From Ancylonema sp. (Eukaryota), in NCBI GenBank assembly GCA_050230475.1, contig JBFLGF010000114.1:1-61975 (forward strand): 61,975 nt of DNA, read 5' to 3'. Numbering within the stretch: the stretch's first letter is position 1; each line of letters begins with the position of its first letter. The notes beneath the pieces are model-generated. The model ran no database searches and was not told where the DNA came from. It saw only the letters and a list, made by a program, of their open reading frames with translations. The translations under genes were made by a program, and so were the position numbers. Below, piece by piece: positions 26,633 to 39,900 of this stretch.

Positions 26633-29600
26633 ATGGCTCTGGAGGTGCTCATCCACAGATGTGCGCTGCCTGGCGGCAGCAAGCTGAAGGCAGATACGCA
26701 AGCATGCGAGTGTCGGTCGGCCAAAATATTAGGTCCGTGTGCAGCTCACCTTTCTTCTGAGAGGGGGGGGTACAGCTATCAATCGTTAACTCAAATATTT
26801 TTAATATCAAGAAAGTCAACTAGAAATATAAAAAGAAAGCCTCCTCTATGATCGTCATCATCCGTTCGTCTTCTTTTTATCGAGACGTATCGCTCCGTTG
26901 TCCAGGCTTCGGACACCGGCGGAGCTCTCCACCTCCCCTGCTCCCACTTCTCGTCGAGTAGTTTGCAGTAGCGGGTCCGAGCCGAAGCAGCAGGGGTCTG
27001 GTGCGCCCTCCAGGAAAGGGCCTCGGAGACCCGTTCCCCCGAAGCTGGGCTACCATCCGCTGGAAGAACTCTCTCCCGCAGAGAAGGGGAAGGAAGCTCT
27101 TCGGACCGTCACCTCCCTCACACTAGCTGACGCTGCACGGACGATCGCCGAGGTTCGTGGCGATGACCTGGCACCCGTCCTTTCCTGCTAGGGGAACACA
27201 GCATGTCCGCTCATCGTGTGCTTCTTCTGCGACTCCTCTGGGATGGGAGATGCATGGAGTTTCACACCGAAGTGTACGGATGTGTACGAATATGTACGGA
27301 TGGGTGCAGATGCATTCCGAGGCGATCGTGTTCGCGTCCGTGGTCCAAACAGAGTCCGTGCTGGGGACAGACGTGAATTTTCTGGTGGATCATGCAGGCG
27401 GTATGTGTACGCCCTCACAAATACTCCATAAAACGGTCAACCTTGGAAACCTCATTGCGCTTAACTTCTCATGCCCACTCTGTCCTCTAGCAACTGGCTC
27501 TTCATCAAGGTCTCAGATTTTCGGACTCGGGAGTGTCTGTCGATGTCATTGCGAGCTTCCAGCAGAGTGCCGCGTGTTCTTGTTCCTGACGCCTGCCCCC
27601 CTCTTTCCCTTCCAGACGTGTACATGGAGGTGGACAACGACGACGCGTTTTTGGAGAACCTTGAGAACGACAACCGATGCTCGGTGCGTCCAGGTGGCGG
27701 GACAGACATCCATTCAAACTACCTTCCTTCATCCCCTGTCCTCATATTGCTCACCAAACAATGCTGAGTGCCGCTGGCGTCTGTCTCTGTGTGTGTGTGT
27801 GTTTTCAGCTTTTGATCGGGTTTGGCAAGATGAACGAAGTGCTTCTCTCCGATTTAGTGGAGCAGGTGGAGGACACGTTCGAGGAAGATTCATATGATCC
27901 TGACTATGGCCATGAAACCATTTCCGACGAAGAAGTGCAGGTAGGCAATCATGACACAGATATTCTTAACCATGGCTCTTGCTCCCACTTCTCTTCCGAC
28001 TTTATAACTGGGAGCGCGTGTCTCTGCCCCCTCCCTGCAGTTATTCTTGGATCAGGCGCTGGAGGGGGTGGGAGATCTGGAGGATAGCTTTTCTCCCGAG
28101 TCTATGGGGAGTTTGGGAGCATGGGGTAGGGAACAACAACAGCTCCCCTTCATAATTCCACTTCCCCCTTCCTTTCCCCTCACCCTTTTCTTCTTTCCTT
28201 TTTGTTCCCCAGGCGGTCCAGAGACCCTTCAATTCGTTCACCCCATGGAATTCGCACTCATGCTGTCGGAGGTACACCTCTCCCCTCCTTCTTGCCTTCT
28301 TGCCTTCTTTCCTTCTTTTCTTCATGACGGCCTCCTTTCCATTGCAATATAACTTCTACCACTATCATCATTTTTGTTGTTATTTTAATTATTTGTATTT
28401 GTATTTTTTATTTTTTACTTAGTTTTTCTCAGTTCCCCTCCCCCGCCCTTCTTCTCTTCTCAAAAAAAAATTTGCCGCATGTGTCAGGCTCGCTGTCTGA
28501 CACGTGTCTGTATGTCGTCCCCCTGCAGGTTGCCACGTCGGACTACCACTCGGACATGGACAACCCCGCCAAGCGTGTGACCTTGACCGGCCAGTTACGA
28601 CGCGCCAGCTGGGAGGAGCAGCAGCGAGTAGCAGGGCTGTGGGAGGAAAGGTTTGCAGACACGGACGCAGAGGCGGTTTTCTTAGCAGAAGAGGAGGCGG
28701 GGGGGGGGGGGATGGGAGAGGAGGGGCAGGTCTGGCTACAGGCAGAGAGCGAAATCGTTGATTCGGAGTCTTCATGGAGCTATGGGTCGTGCAATCCGGA
28801 AGAGAGTTTGGAATGGCTTTATGCCAACAGCACCAGCATCAGCAGTGGGAAGGCAGAGGAGGGGGAAGTGGTTGGGGGTGAGGTGGGGGAGCTGGATGGG
28901 GAGGCAGAGAGTAGGAGGAGAGCGCGGGTGGACGCAGTTCGCCGTTACCGTGTGGTGGAGGGGCTGGATGGGGATGACGAGAACCGCGGGGAGGAAGGGG
29001 GAGGGGGTGAGGATGTGATCCCAGGCTGCACCCTCTACAAGCTACAACTGTCCAGCATCCACATTGACACAGCGACAGGGATCCAGGTACAGAAACGTTC
29101 TATCCCCCCCCCCCCCCCCCCCGCCCCCTTGGGTTTAGGATTCAGCCCACGCTGAGTGGTGTACCGCCCGTGGCTGTGGGGGGTTTTGCAGGAGGGCGTG
29201 GATGTGGTGGCCTGGGGCGAGGGTCGTCCCGACATGCTCGCCCACGGTGCCCAGGGCATTTTGGAACGAGCCAATGGACTGGAGCGCGCTCGTCTGTGCA
29301 TGGCGGAACTGTGCTTGAGGGAAAGGGGTTGGGCGGTGGACGTGAGTGGAGGGGGGAGGGGGAAGAGGATGACGTGGCGGGGTGTCATCCTCTGATTGGT
29401 TGTTGGTTGTGGTCGTGGTTGTGCAGGAGGTGTCTATGGTGGGGATCGACCATCTCGGCATTGATATCCGATGTCGAATGGGGCGGGAAATGATGACGAC
29501 ACGATTCTCGTTCCAACATCCGGTAGACCTCGGGAGGCAAACTCCTTTTTTTTTTTTTTTTGGGGAGGGGGGTTGTTGTTGTTGTTGTTGTGGTTTCGTT

Positions 29601-29928
29601 GTTCTAGTTTTTTGTTTTTGTTTTTTTGTTGTAGTTTTTGTGCAAATTTTTATGGTAGTTCTTGTTTTTTTTTTGTTTTTTTGTTTTTTTGTAGTTCTTG
29701 TAGTTTTTGAATGTTCTGTACATCTTGTACATTTTGAAGCTTTTTGTCGCATGTTTATTTTACTCAGCTTGGCAATTGTGGTTTTTCCGTGGGCTATAGG
29801 CCACCTCGGAGCGGTCTGCTGAGAAACTTCTTGATGAGCTTTTACGTCCGCGTCAAGTTGGTTTGCGACGTCAAGCGAAGCACGATAGACAAGCCAAACG
29901 AGTTAAGGGTCGTGGAAACCGTTCATAA
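26633..29928 (+). CDS. At3g59300/At3g49140-like protein (split-barrel/PNPOx-like family, probable organellar targeting); ~10 exons, start codon uncertain
   Basis: YHPLEEL...LTLADAARTIAE, FLVDHAGDVY, FVHPMEFALMLSE, MVGIDHLGIDIR, TRFSF and ATSERSAEKLL match the recalled family. Introns are GT-AG and phase-consistent; stop TAA at 29926-29928. Confidence 0.8.
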
Positions 29929-32900
29929 GCAAGAACCTTGTGTGTTAGCTGGCTTACTTTGAAGGGTAAAGGTCTTCAAAAATCTATCCGTTTACGCCCT
30001 TCCACTCATCAAGTTTGATGCACAAGCACTAGAGGGGAGGCAAAACGACCATGGAAAATGTGCATGTCTTGAATGTTTCTCAAGTCTTGTTGTTTGGGGT
30101 AGAAATGTAGGTGTGGAGTTCGGGAAAATGTGTACTTGTCGGTTTCGCCCAAGCTTGGCGTGTTGCCCGGGTTGTTTTAGGTTGTGAAAGACTAGCCCGA
30201 GGGTATTTTCGCGGAACTAGAGAGTAAACTTGTACGGTTTTGGTTTCTGTCCTTAGTCGAGTAATAGTCTGTGCGGTTTTGTCTTGCTTGACAATGTTGG
30301 GAACACTCAAGTGTATGTCCAGCTCTAGTAGATTGACTTTAAGGTGTTTAATTTGTAGACCCTTGCTTGCTCGCTCCTGGCACTCTTGATTGCATTGCAA
30401 TGTAAAACCGGGTCAAGGCGTGCTTGTGTGCTTCAACTCGTATGCGAACTCGTGTGCACTTGTGGCCCCAACAAATCAATGGATTTGGAAGTCAATTGTT
30501 TTTGTAAACTTACATGAAAGTGACCTTGAGGTTTTGCACCAGAGGCGCAATATGGTCGTGTTCTTTTTGAAACTTCTGACTTAGTCATGTGTTGATACAC
30601 ACATAGTTTAAATTTGTGCACATGAGTCGAAATTGTACAACCCAAGCTACAACCCGACTTGTTGCAACATCACAAATTTGTGTGGTCCTGCGTTTGGTCG
30701 GATATTCTACTCATGAGAGTATAAGACTTGAAGGAAAGTCATCCACGAGGCGCAAATGCGGTAAACAAGCCAAAATCTAAGGGAAAAACCATCCTTTACC
30801 TTTTGAAGGGGGGGTGCTTTGTTTCAATGTACCTAAAATGTTACAACACATATTTGCACATTCAACATGAAAGTGCGAGTTCCAAGTAGTATGTGGTCAT
30901 TCAGTTGGTTCACTGTAACGATGCCAAAACGCATGTTCCAAGTCGTACAATACAACGTCGACGTAAAAACATGGAAAAGTGTTTGTCCTCTCGAATGTTT
31001 TGAAGTTATCTATGTTTTTACCTAGAAACTCTAAACACTTCCCAATAATAATTGACACTAGCTAATTGTTATGTGTTTTTTTTATTATTAATCGAGGTTT
31101 TGTGTTGTAGAATCGATTCCCAACTCACTTGCCGACTTGCCGCTTTTGTAGACACAACATGGCAACTGTATTAAGTGCGCCTGGCAAAACATGGCAAATA
31201 AAGGTGCAAGGGAAGATAAAGATAGACTCATAGATATTGGGCATGAATGTGATGTCCTCATCATGTATGTTGCCGAAAATGGCTACGTCCTACTTTTTCA
31301 CAAATTGCCACCATTGACGATCGCCACTTGGTATTTGTGAATGCATAGTTGAGCCCGATCCATCCCAATCCGGATCGCGGCCGGATCGGTGCCGGATCAG
31401 TGAAACTTGACAAGATAGCTTGCGATCTAATTTCTTGAAAACCCAAAAAACAAAGAATGTGCCTTGCTATTAACGAACGTCCTAGTGCGCCTTCTGTCTT
31501 ATACGATTGTAGAAGCCCCATACCTATATATGGGACCTTGAAGATCTTGGTAATATCGAGATAATGTTAATAAAACGTCAATCGCTATTGACGGGTTATC
31601 AATAGTGACCATACATTTGAAGTTACTCAAATAGTATCACTTAGAGTGGGTACTTACTCTACATGATGAACACACAAGAATAACAATAAAATATTCTTGT
31701 GTTGAACACCGTACTGGATAGAAATAATGATCCGAGGATTTAAGAAGGAAACAATCAACAAAAATCTTGATTCGGCGAAAGATCCAAATATGAAATTGCG
31801 TAGAAATCGTAAGAATTTTGTCATTTACATATGATATCATCCAACCAAAAAGAAGAAGGAAAATGAGTTGACCTTCATCATCTGATCCGCCCTCATTGGA
31901 TCTTTATCATCCCTAGAAGAGTGGGGTAGGGTGCGACAAGGTGGAACACGGTAAGACACGGCGGTATTGAATCACGATAAGTCCCGCAACGCTCGGATGA
32001 TAAACCCACGCGCGTGAATCGGAATGCGAGCGGAAGCCACACTTTTCGAAAATTGAGAAGGAAGTTGAAGTGTTGAGTCGACTTGTCGAGCAAAGATACA
32101 TTGGGTAGTATTACTAGAGTAGATAGTATGTACATACTTGCTTACATACGAATACTTGTGATTTTATAGTTTATTCCTACAGACAATGTATTTGTTTCTT
32201 TGAGTCCAACAATATGCGCCATATTGTGTCATGAACACGTAATTCAACCCACGTGAGTATGCACACGCGCCAAAAATGTACGCGTACATAGAGGTTAGTT
32301 AGCAGGCATCTATGTCTAACCACTCCTACTCCAGACCCCCCCAAGTATGTTCCTTCGTGCGCATTATGACACACAAGATGATATATTCAATATGAAGTTT
32401 ATTGATTTTTAGATTATTTAATACTTGATCCTTTCTAGCATGGTCGCACTCAAATGGCGAAAATGGGTCCAAACGGCGTTCAAACGCACACGTACGTCAA
32501 ACGCCCAAAACTCCGAATAGTTACTAGTCACTTTTTTTGTACCACTCAAATTGCCGGATCCGGACCCTGGTAAAAAAAACACTAGTTGCCGTTTTGCAAA
32601 CGTCCGTACCAATGCACGGATGTTTTGGAAAATGTCTATACACCGAACAACCGGTTACCAAACGTTCGTATATGTACGGACATTTGGTCTCATAGGCCGC
32701 TTTGGCATCGGTACAAACGTGGAAGGTATATATAATGAATTCCAACCGTAGGAATTCAACCACAAGTGAATAATGAACTCCAAACGTACTCGTTTGGTGT
32801 TGGCGTCAAACGTTAGAATGTGTCATTTTGGAGTTTGGACGTTTGGCGTTTGCCAAACCCGGATGCGTGTGGGTGTAACCATAGTCAGCCCCGCACCGTG

Positions 32901-33062
32901 TGCGACATTTGCGCATGCGTGCCGCACCGGTGCAATAAAATGCACCGGTAATAGATACCGTAAACGGTATCTATTTTTCGAACGTCGAAATTTGAATAAG
33001 TTCTGAAATCTACTTTGCATTTCACAGTGTGTTTAGTACGGTGTCAGCTTTATGGCCTTGTA

Positions 33063-33622
33063 CAGTAAACCCTTGATATAGTGACACTCGATATAGTGAC
33101 AATCACGATATAGTGACATTTTTTCTGCCCTTTTTCCAATCCTATATAAAAACCCACTCGATATTGTGACAATCGCTATAGTGACACACGTTATAGTGAC
33201 TAAAATTTCCCAGATTTTACTATTGAGATGTCACTATAGAGTGAAACTTGCCTAAATTAACGTTGTGAAAATTAATAACCGCCCAAATATAATAGAAAAT
33301 AATTAATAACAAATTTATAACATGTCTAAATTAATATTTTATACATGTCCTGGCATTATTACTTCAAAGATGTTTTATTGTAGCGAGTGGATATTAGAAC
33401 AAACGCCATATAGATGACCTACCTTCTTCAGTAAATACCTCTGCGCACTCGATCAGGTTGCTCAAAATAACATAAAATTCACTTTCCTTCGATATAGTGA
33501 CATTGGCTCAATGTCGCCCTATCAAATGTCACTATATAGTGTATAGTGACACTCGTGGCATTCGATATAGTGACATTATTTTCCAGTGTCTATATAATTG
33601 TCACTATATCAAGGGTTTACTG
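33063..33622. mobile_element. Intact pogo/Tigger-like MITE
   Basis: Perfect 24-bp TIRs CAGTAAACCCTTGATATAGTGACA / TGTCACTATATCAAGGGTTTACTG, TA on both sides, ATAGTGACA subterminal repeats. Confidence 0.92.
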
Positions 33623-34768
33623 TATTATAGTTGGCCGTGCACCGTGCGCGACATGTGCGCACGCGTGCGGCACGTGCACCGCACCGGGACAATTCCAGTA
33701 ATCGAATTACGCGTGCCGCACCGGGACAATTTCAGTAATAGAATTTCGGATGTCGAAATTTGGCTAAGTACTGAGTACTAAGCATTTTGCACTGCGTGTA
33801 GTATTGTGTAATTGTTTAGGCCCTAAATAGTACACTTCGACATAGTAACGTGTAACCCGAAACCACATCCCGGTCTTTGAAATATCCCGTCCCCCCTTGG
33901 GTTGTAGGAAGTACCCCCCCCCAGGGGAGGGGGTTATAATTTATGGTCGCGCACCGTGCGCGAGATTTATGCACGCCTGCGGGACGAGCACGCGAAAATT
34001 CCAACTATGCATAATTTAATACACTTCTACGTTGTGACCGCGACACCAGGTGCATCTCACGATTTCGGAAACATCCCGCCTCCCCGGGGTTTAGAAACTT
34101 CTTACAACCCGGGGGGGGTGGGCTTTTTTTATATATTTCGCCCATGGCCGCACACTGTGCGTAACATGTTTGCACACCAAAAATCCAACTATAGGTGCAA
34201 AAATACATTCTATTAGTTTGGTGGGCTTAGAAATACATATGAAAACTTTGAGAGGACTTGGCAATGCTATGAGAATACTTAGCAAGTTAGCATTTAATCC
34301 TACCCTCTCGGAGGCCTCTCCGTAGGCACCTTGTTGAAACACCAGAAGTAGGTGCCAATATGCAGGGTACACCTTTACGGAGGGTAAAAGCTGTTCGCAA
34401 AAGTTGGTGCCAATATAGAGGGTGTGCTTGGAATTGGACTTTGTCATGCGAATGTTCGATTACGTCAGGGAGGCGTCAGGAACGACCAGTCAACGCAGCT
34501 GGACACGAGTCGAGAGAAGTACGCGGCAGTTGCGCAGGAAGTTTCCCTCGTCGGTTATTGAAGATTGGCAGGCAGCAACGATACGGACCGTCCGTCACGG
34601 ACGGCAGTGGAATGGGTTAACAACTAGAGCGGGTATAAAGGTCGTGGAACTACGAAGGTGAAACAAGTCATCTACATATTCTTCACGGCTTCGTGACTAC
34701 CTGAGCTGTTTCCATCACTTCTGTTGATCCACTTTCCGTTGGTGCTCTCTCAGAGGTCAGGTTTCAAT

Positions 34769-36959
34769 ATGAGTTCAGACTTGTTCTCCGTCAAAGGGAA
34801 GACTGCTTTCGTTACTGGCAGTTCGTCAGGCTTCGGAAAGCACATTGCGATCCTGGTAAATCGCGGTCCTGTCTCTGGTCTTTGATATTGGGAACTCCGC
34901 CCGACTTCTTTGCGAAGATATTGCCGTTGAAAAAGACATCGTTGTGCATATTGTCTTGACATTTTGTGAATTCAAGGCAGTATCCTTTGTTTCCTGAAGA
35001 CCAGGCTCATAAATTGATCATAGAATAGGAAAACGTCCTTCGCATTGATCTTCCAATCCAGTCGAACTGTCACCCCTTATTGTCCAGGTGTTGCGCTTTG
35101 TTTTCGCGCTTTGATTCATTGACTCTGGATTCTGGATTTGCAGTTGGCACGACATGGCGCAAATGTGATTCTGGCGGCTCGACGAACTGATAAACTTGAA
35201 GCAGTGGTGCACGACATCAAGAACCGCAGTTCCCTTCATGAGTGGTTCTCACATTCCGGCCAAGCCCATGCGATCACCATGGACGTTGGGGCGGGCAGTG
35301 AGGCAGTAGAAAAGGCTACAGCCGAGGCCTGGCCTATCTTTGGACGGGTTGATATCCTCGTCAACAATGCTGGTGAGAATCGCCTCCAAGGCATGTCTCA
35401 CAGAAACGTTGAAGCACCGGGTACATGTATATCCTTGAACAACCTGATTTTTTTTTGAAAAAAAATGGAGTATGTCAGTATCTCGAGTGTTGTGCAGTTC
35501 GGAATACCACCGTCCTGCGTTTGTCGAGAGATGCACAAGTACTGATGAAGAAAGTAGTTGTATCCATGACACGTCTTCGGCTTTGTATAACTTCAGCAAT
35601 TTCCTTCTTTCTCCTTTCAACCTCATAAATATGCTGCCGTCATTCCAGCCTTCATGCTGTTACATCATGACACATGTTTCCATATGGTTTATATGCTGCC
35701 ATTCCGGGTCCAGACTCTTTTCTCCGCAAATAATATCCGGGCAATCTGACCCATGGTTAGACGAGGTCCAACCATGTGCCGTCTGTACTCACTTGACCGA
35801 GTAAGATGCCCACATTCGGAGGCTGGTATCCTCTTCTCAGTCTTTCCTTTTCTACCTTTCTTGTTCGCAGGCGTGTTTCTCGGCGGTTCCGTGTTGGACA
35901 TGCCCGAATCTGAGTGGGACCAGCAGATGAACGTGAATGTGAAGGGAGTGTGGATTGTGGCCCAAGCGGTCGCGAAGCGCATGGCAGCAGACGGCAAGGG
36001 CGGGTCCATCATCAATATCGGATCCTGTTTGGGAGATGGGCGAGGTGTGATGGCAGGAGGCGGGCCATACGCGGCCTCAAAGATTGCGGTGCAGCAGCTC
36101 ACTCGCAAGTAAGATAGGGCGGACAACTTGAACGTTTCAGTTTACCAGTTTGGGACCCAAACACAGCCGTCTTAATTTTTCTCCCGTGTTTTATTTTCTC
36201 CTTGCTTTCTGTTTTTCCTCATGTGTCTTGATATAAGAATAGATATACTACTTGACATGATTTTTTCTCCATCGTACATTCCTAATATGAGTTCTCTACG
36301 AGCCAAACCCATTATATGTGTCATATCGATATATACATTCTTCTCTATGTGGATTTGTGAATGTAAAAGAGCGAACCTGAAAGCATTTGATTGACATTAG
36401 ATCAAGTCAAAGCTATTCAGGCCACAACTAGATTGAATATAAGTAGTAAATATAGGAAGTATATATATTGTACTTTTGCGTCCTCTTTGTTGAGTAATAT
36501 CGTTTCAACGAGAAGTATCTGTAATCTGGATATGTGACACATCTAGATGTAACTTGCTCGGTACTGACATATGTAGCATGTTCATAACACACCTCCAAAT
36601 GTTATTGGAGCGAATCAAGTTGTAAGAATTAAAATTTAAGAGAAGTTTGTGAATATGGACTTACAGTGCACACGATGTATGGTGCTTGCAGCATGGCCCT
36701 GGATTTGGGACCTAAGGGTATCCGTGTGAACGCCATCAACCCGGGGCTGTTCACAACGGAGATGACGGAGGGATTCATTGAGCATACGGCAACCTTCTTC
36801 AAGAAATGTCCCGTGCCACGATATGGCAATACCAACCATGATATGGATGGTCCAATATTGTTACTTGCAAGCGATGCGGGTGCATATATGACAGGGTCGA
36901 ATTTAACCGTAGATGGTGGGCTGATGCTGATGCAACAAAGCTTTATTCCTGGTGCTTGA
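34769..36959 (+). CDS. Short-chain dehydrogenase/reductase (FabG-like); exons 34769-34855, 35144-35372, 35871-36108, 36692-36959
   Basis: TGSSSGFG, VILAARR, ILVNNAG, YAASK, IRVNAINPGLFTTEM and YMTGSNLTVDGG; intact spliced frame. Confidence 0.92.
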
Positions 36960-39900
36960 AGGAGGGAGTAAATGAATACAATAATAATATTAGAGGAAGA
37001 AAATGGGGGTGTGTTCATGACTTGGTTATTCAATTTGCTTTATGTTAGTGTTGGGATTCGATAGCATATTCATCATGTATGATAATGATGATGTACGTAC
37101 AACATAATTTACAATGTAATCTATTATTGTAGTCTCGCATAGCGTTACATCAAATTGCATGGTATGGATTCGTCCTACCAATAAGAACGTGGGAAATAGC
37201 AATTCTCTACACAAAACATACGAAATCAATTTCTACAATATTTATGATTAGTGAGGTACACACTTATTTGCAACACACAAACCAATGCATGTGCAGGTCA
37301 GGATACACACGCATATGGAAGTCAATTGGAATACTTGTACATTACACACACCTAACAGTATGAAACATATAGAGTTGGTAGAGCATGTGTTATGGCTTCG
37401 CAAATCTTTGAGCATAATTTGGAGATATAAACGGTGTTGATAAGTTTATCATGCGACAAAATGACACATGCTTAATTTTCATCTTTTGGCAAACGTTACG
37501 GCCCGAGCATAATTTGAGCAAATATTTGCCACGTAGGCGAACATTTAGTTTCCGATTGAGCACGATGAAACTCAGGCTGAAGTTGTCTGCCATGTAGGCG
37601 AATGATACGAGGATCTGAGCGGTCGAGAGGATATGCTCAGCCCGATGATTCACGCAAACTTTTGAGGATAATTTGGGAAAAATTACGTTAGAAGATGCGT
37701 AAATCATCCGGCAGAATGTCCTTAGCATAATTATTTTGATACGCCCAGGTCGTAACGTTCGCCATTCTGGATGATTGCGCATATTAGTGGCAGAAGTCGA
37801 AAACCAGGATGATATACGAGGCCGTAACGCATGCCCTTAGGTACGGTGGAGCAATGTGGATCAAAGCGACTATCGATTTAGCTCTCGCCGCTCTCGGACT
37901 GAGTCCGAAGTCGAGTCGGAGAATTGTATCCAAGTCACATTCTGGATCAAGGAAGACGCCAACCTCCGGATCTGGCTTAGCCGAGTCCAACCTTCGTAGC
38001 CGTTTGTGTACATGCTTCGTACGGTTCTTGCATAAAAGTTCTGCAAATAGACATCATGTAGTGACACGTGTACGATACAAAACGTATATACGCGTCATAG
38101 TGCATGATCACACATGTATCTTACATCCACACATGTGTATTTGAATTGACTTTGTTCAATTTCGGCATGTCCCAGAGATCCTGGTTTTCCGGTTCGAAGG
38201 TTTGAAGGTGCTGAGTCATGCATCCATGTTTGTTTTTGTATTGTGAAATAGGAATGACATGTTTTTCCGTTTCAACGTCGTCCCAGCACGATAAAGTTTG
38301 CCTTCCGAGAACATGTCCGGAAGACGTTCGGATGCAATGATTCGGGTCGCTTTCACATCTCGTGATTTGGAAATACGGAGAAGTGTGGCTAAGCGGAACA
38401 AATATCACATGATTGGGAATCGTGGTCTGCAATCTGGATCCTCCAAACCGCGGTGCGGGCCAATGTGGTACCGTTTGTGACAAAAAATATCAAATCCAAA
38501 ACAAACCTCGCGAAAAAAATGAAAATGAACAAAATCAAAAAGTAAAAATAAAATAATAATAAAATATATCATATGACATGATTTTATTTTATTGTGTTTT
38601 TTATGATTTTATATTATGATTCATATCCCTTGTATATTGAATAAAGCCCCCCTGTGAGCTATGAGCTATATCGGAAGCCAATTTCCGGTGTAGTTGCAGA
38701 ATAAAAAAGTCGCGGTGGCCTTTCGGGAAGTGTATGCGAAGTACGGATATAACGCCGATAATCCAAATCTCCATGGAAATATCGCCCACACGAACAGCAA
38801 GCATGTTGCGAGAAAGGTTCTTTTCTCCCAAGAGGTTTATTTTTTGCTTTAAGGGTGACGCGTATGAATTTAAGTAAGTATGAGTGGAACCATGAAAGAC
38901 GGAGGCACACATGGTTGTTAGACGTTTGCTTTGGGTGATTCGGTTGAGGAACAAAAGCGGCTAGGAAAGTGGGTGGCAATGTGCGTGTATGCGCGACTTT
39001 GAACACAAGCGCAATGCAGTCTTAGATTGTCGTTTCTTGCTTACATAGAAAGCATTAGATGTCATGTGGAGTGTGTGGATGGGTCAAGGAAGATACCTCT
39101 TCATGATTTAGAGAACAAACAAGATGAAAAATCTCAATAACGGGGAGATCAATGATGACGACAATGAACAACTAATGTTTGCGGTTTCATGTGTTAAACA
39201 TGAATGTCCGATGAGATACGATTGGAAGAATCTTTATGATCTCATCAAAAGAATTTAAACTTGTACGATTCGAAATCGCGAGGCGTATTTTCTGAAGTCT
39301 ACAATCTAATTTCAACAAATAGATGCGTGTCGATAGTTTACCGCGTCATTTGCTGAAATCGATGATGTTCCACGGCTATTCACGGTATTCACGCTATAAA
39401 TATAGTCGTAGATTACTTTGAGATATGTTTTTTCATAGCAGCGTCGATAATTAAGATTGTCAACTACAACTTTTACAATCCAACCCATCGAATTGTCAAC
39501 CAATCGATAGACTAACTCTAGATAACTATGCCGGTTAGCACCGCGCAACAATTTGTGAGATAAAGACATTCTGTGATTTTTCAAGTTCATATTTGCAAGC
39601 TTCCGCTGTAAGATTGCGCCGCCAAAAAACTTTCAACATTTGTTTTGTAACAATTTTGTGTACTTTTCCGTGCAACGTTTGGCTGACGCCATTCCTTGTT
39701 GTGTTTTACTTCATCGCCTCACATCCGTTAGCAATATTAGTGAGTTGACCAAACTTTCGCTCGAAACTTATGTTTTGTGTAATTGTCAATTTTGCCTTTT
39801 AGCTCACGCTCACACTAAGCTTGATATTGAATTGCGTGTAATATATTGCATCGATTTGCTGACGCTCTTTCTAAGCAAACTTTATTGCGTTATCTGTCGA

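Noticed and set aside
30000..31300. Possible Mutator-like remnant
   Set aside because: No convincing TIR pair, TSD or transposase motif could be identified by eye.
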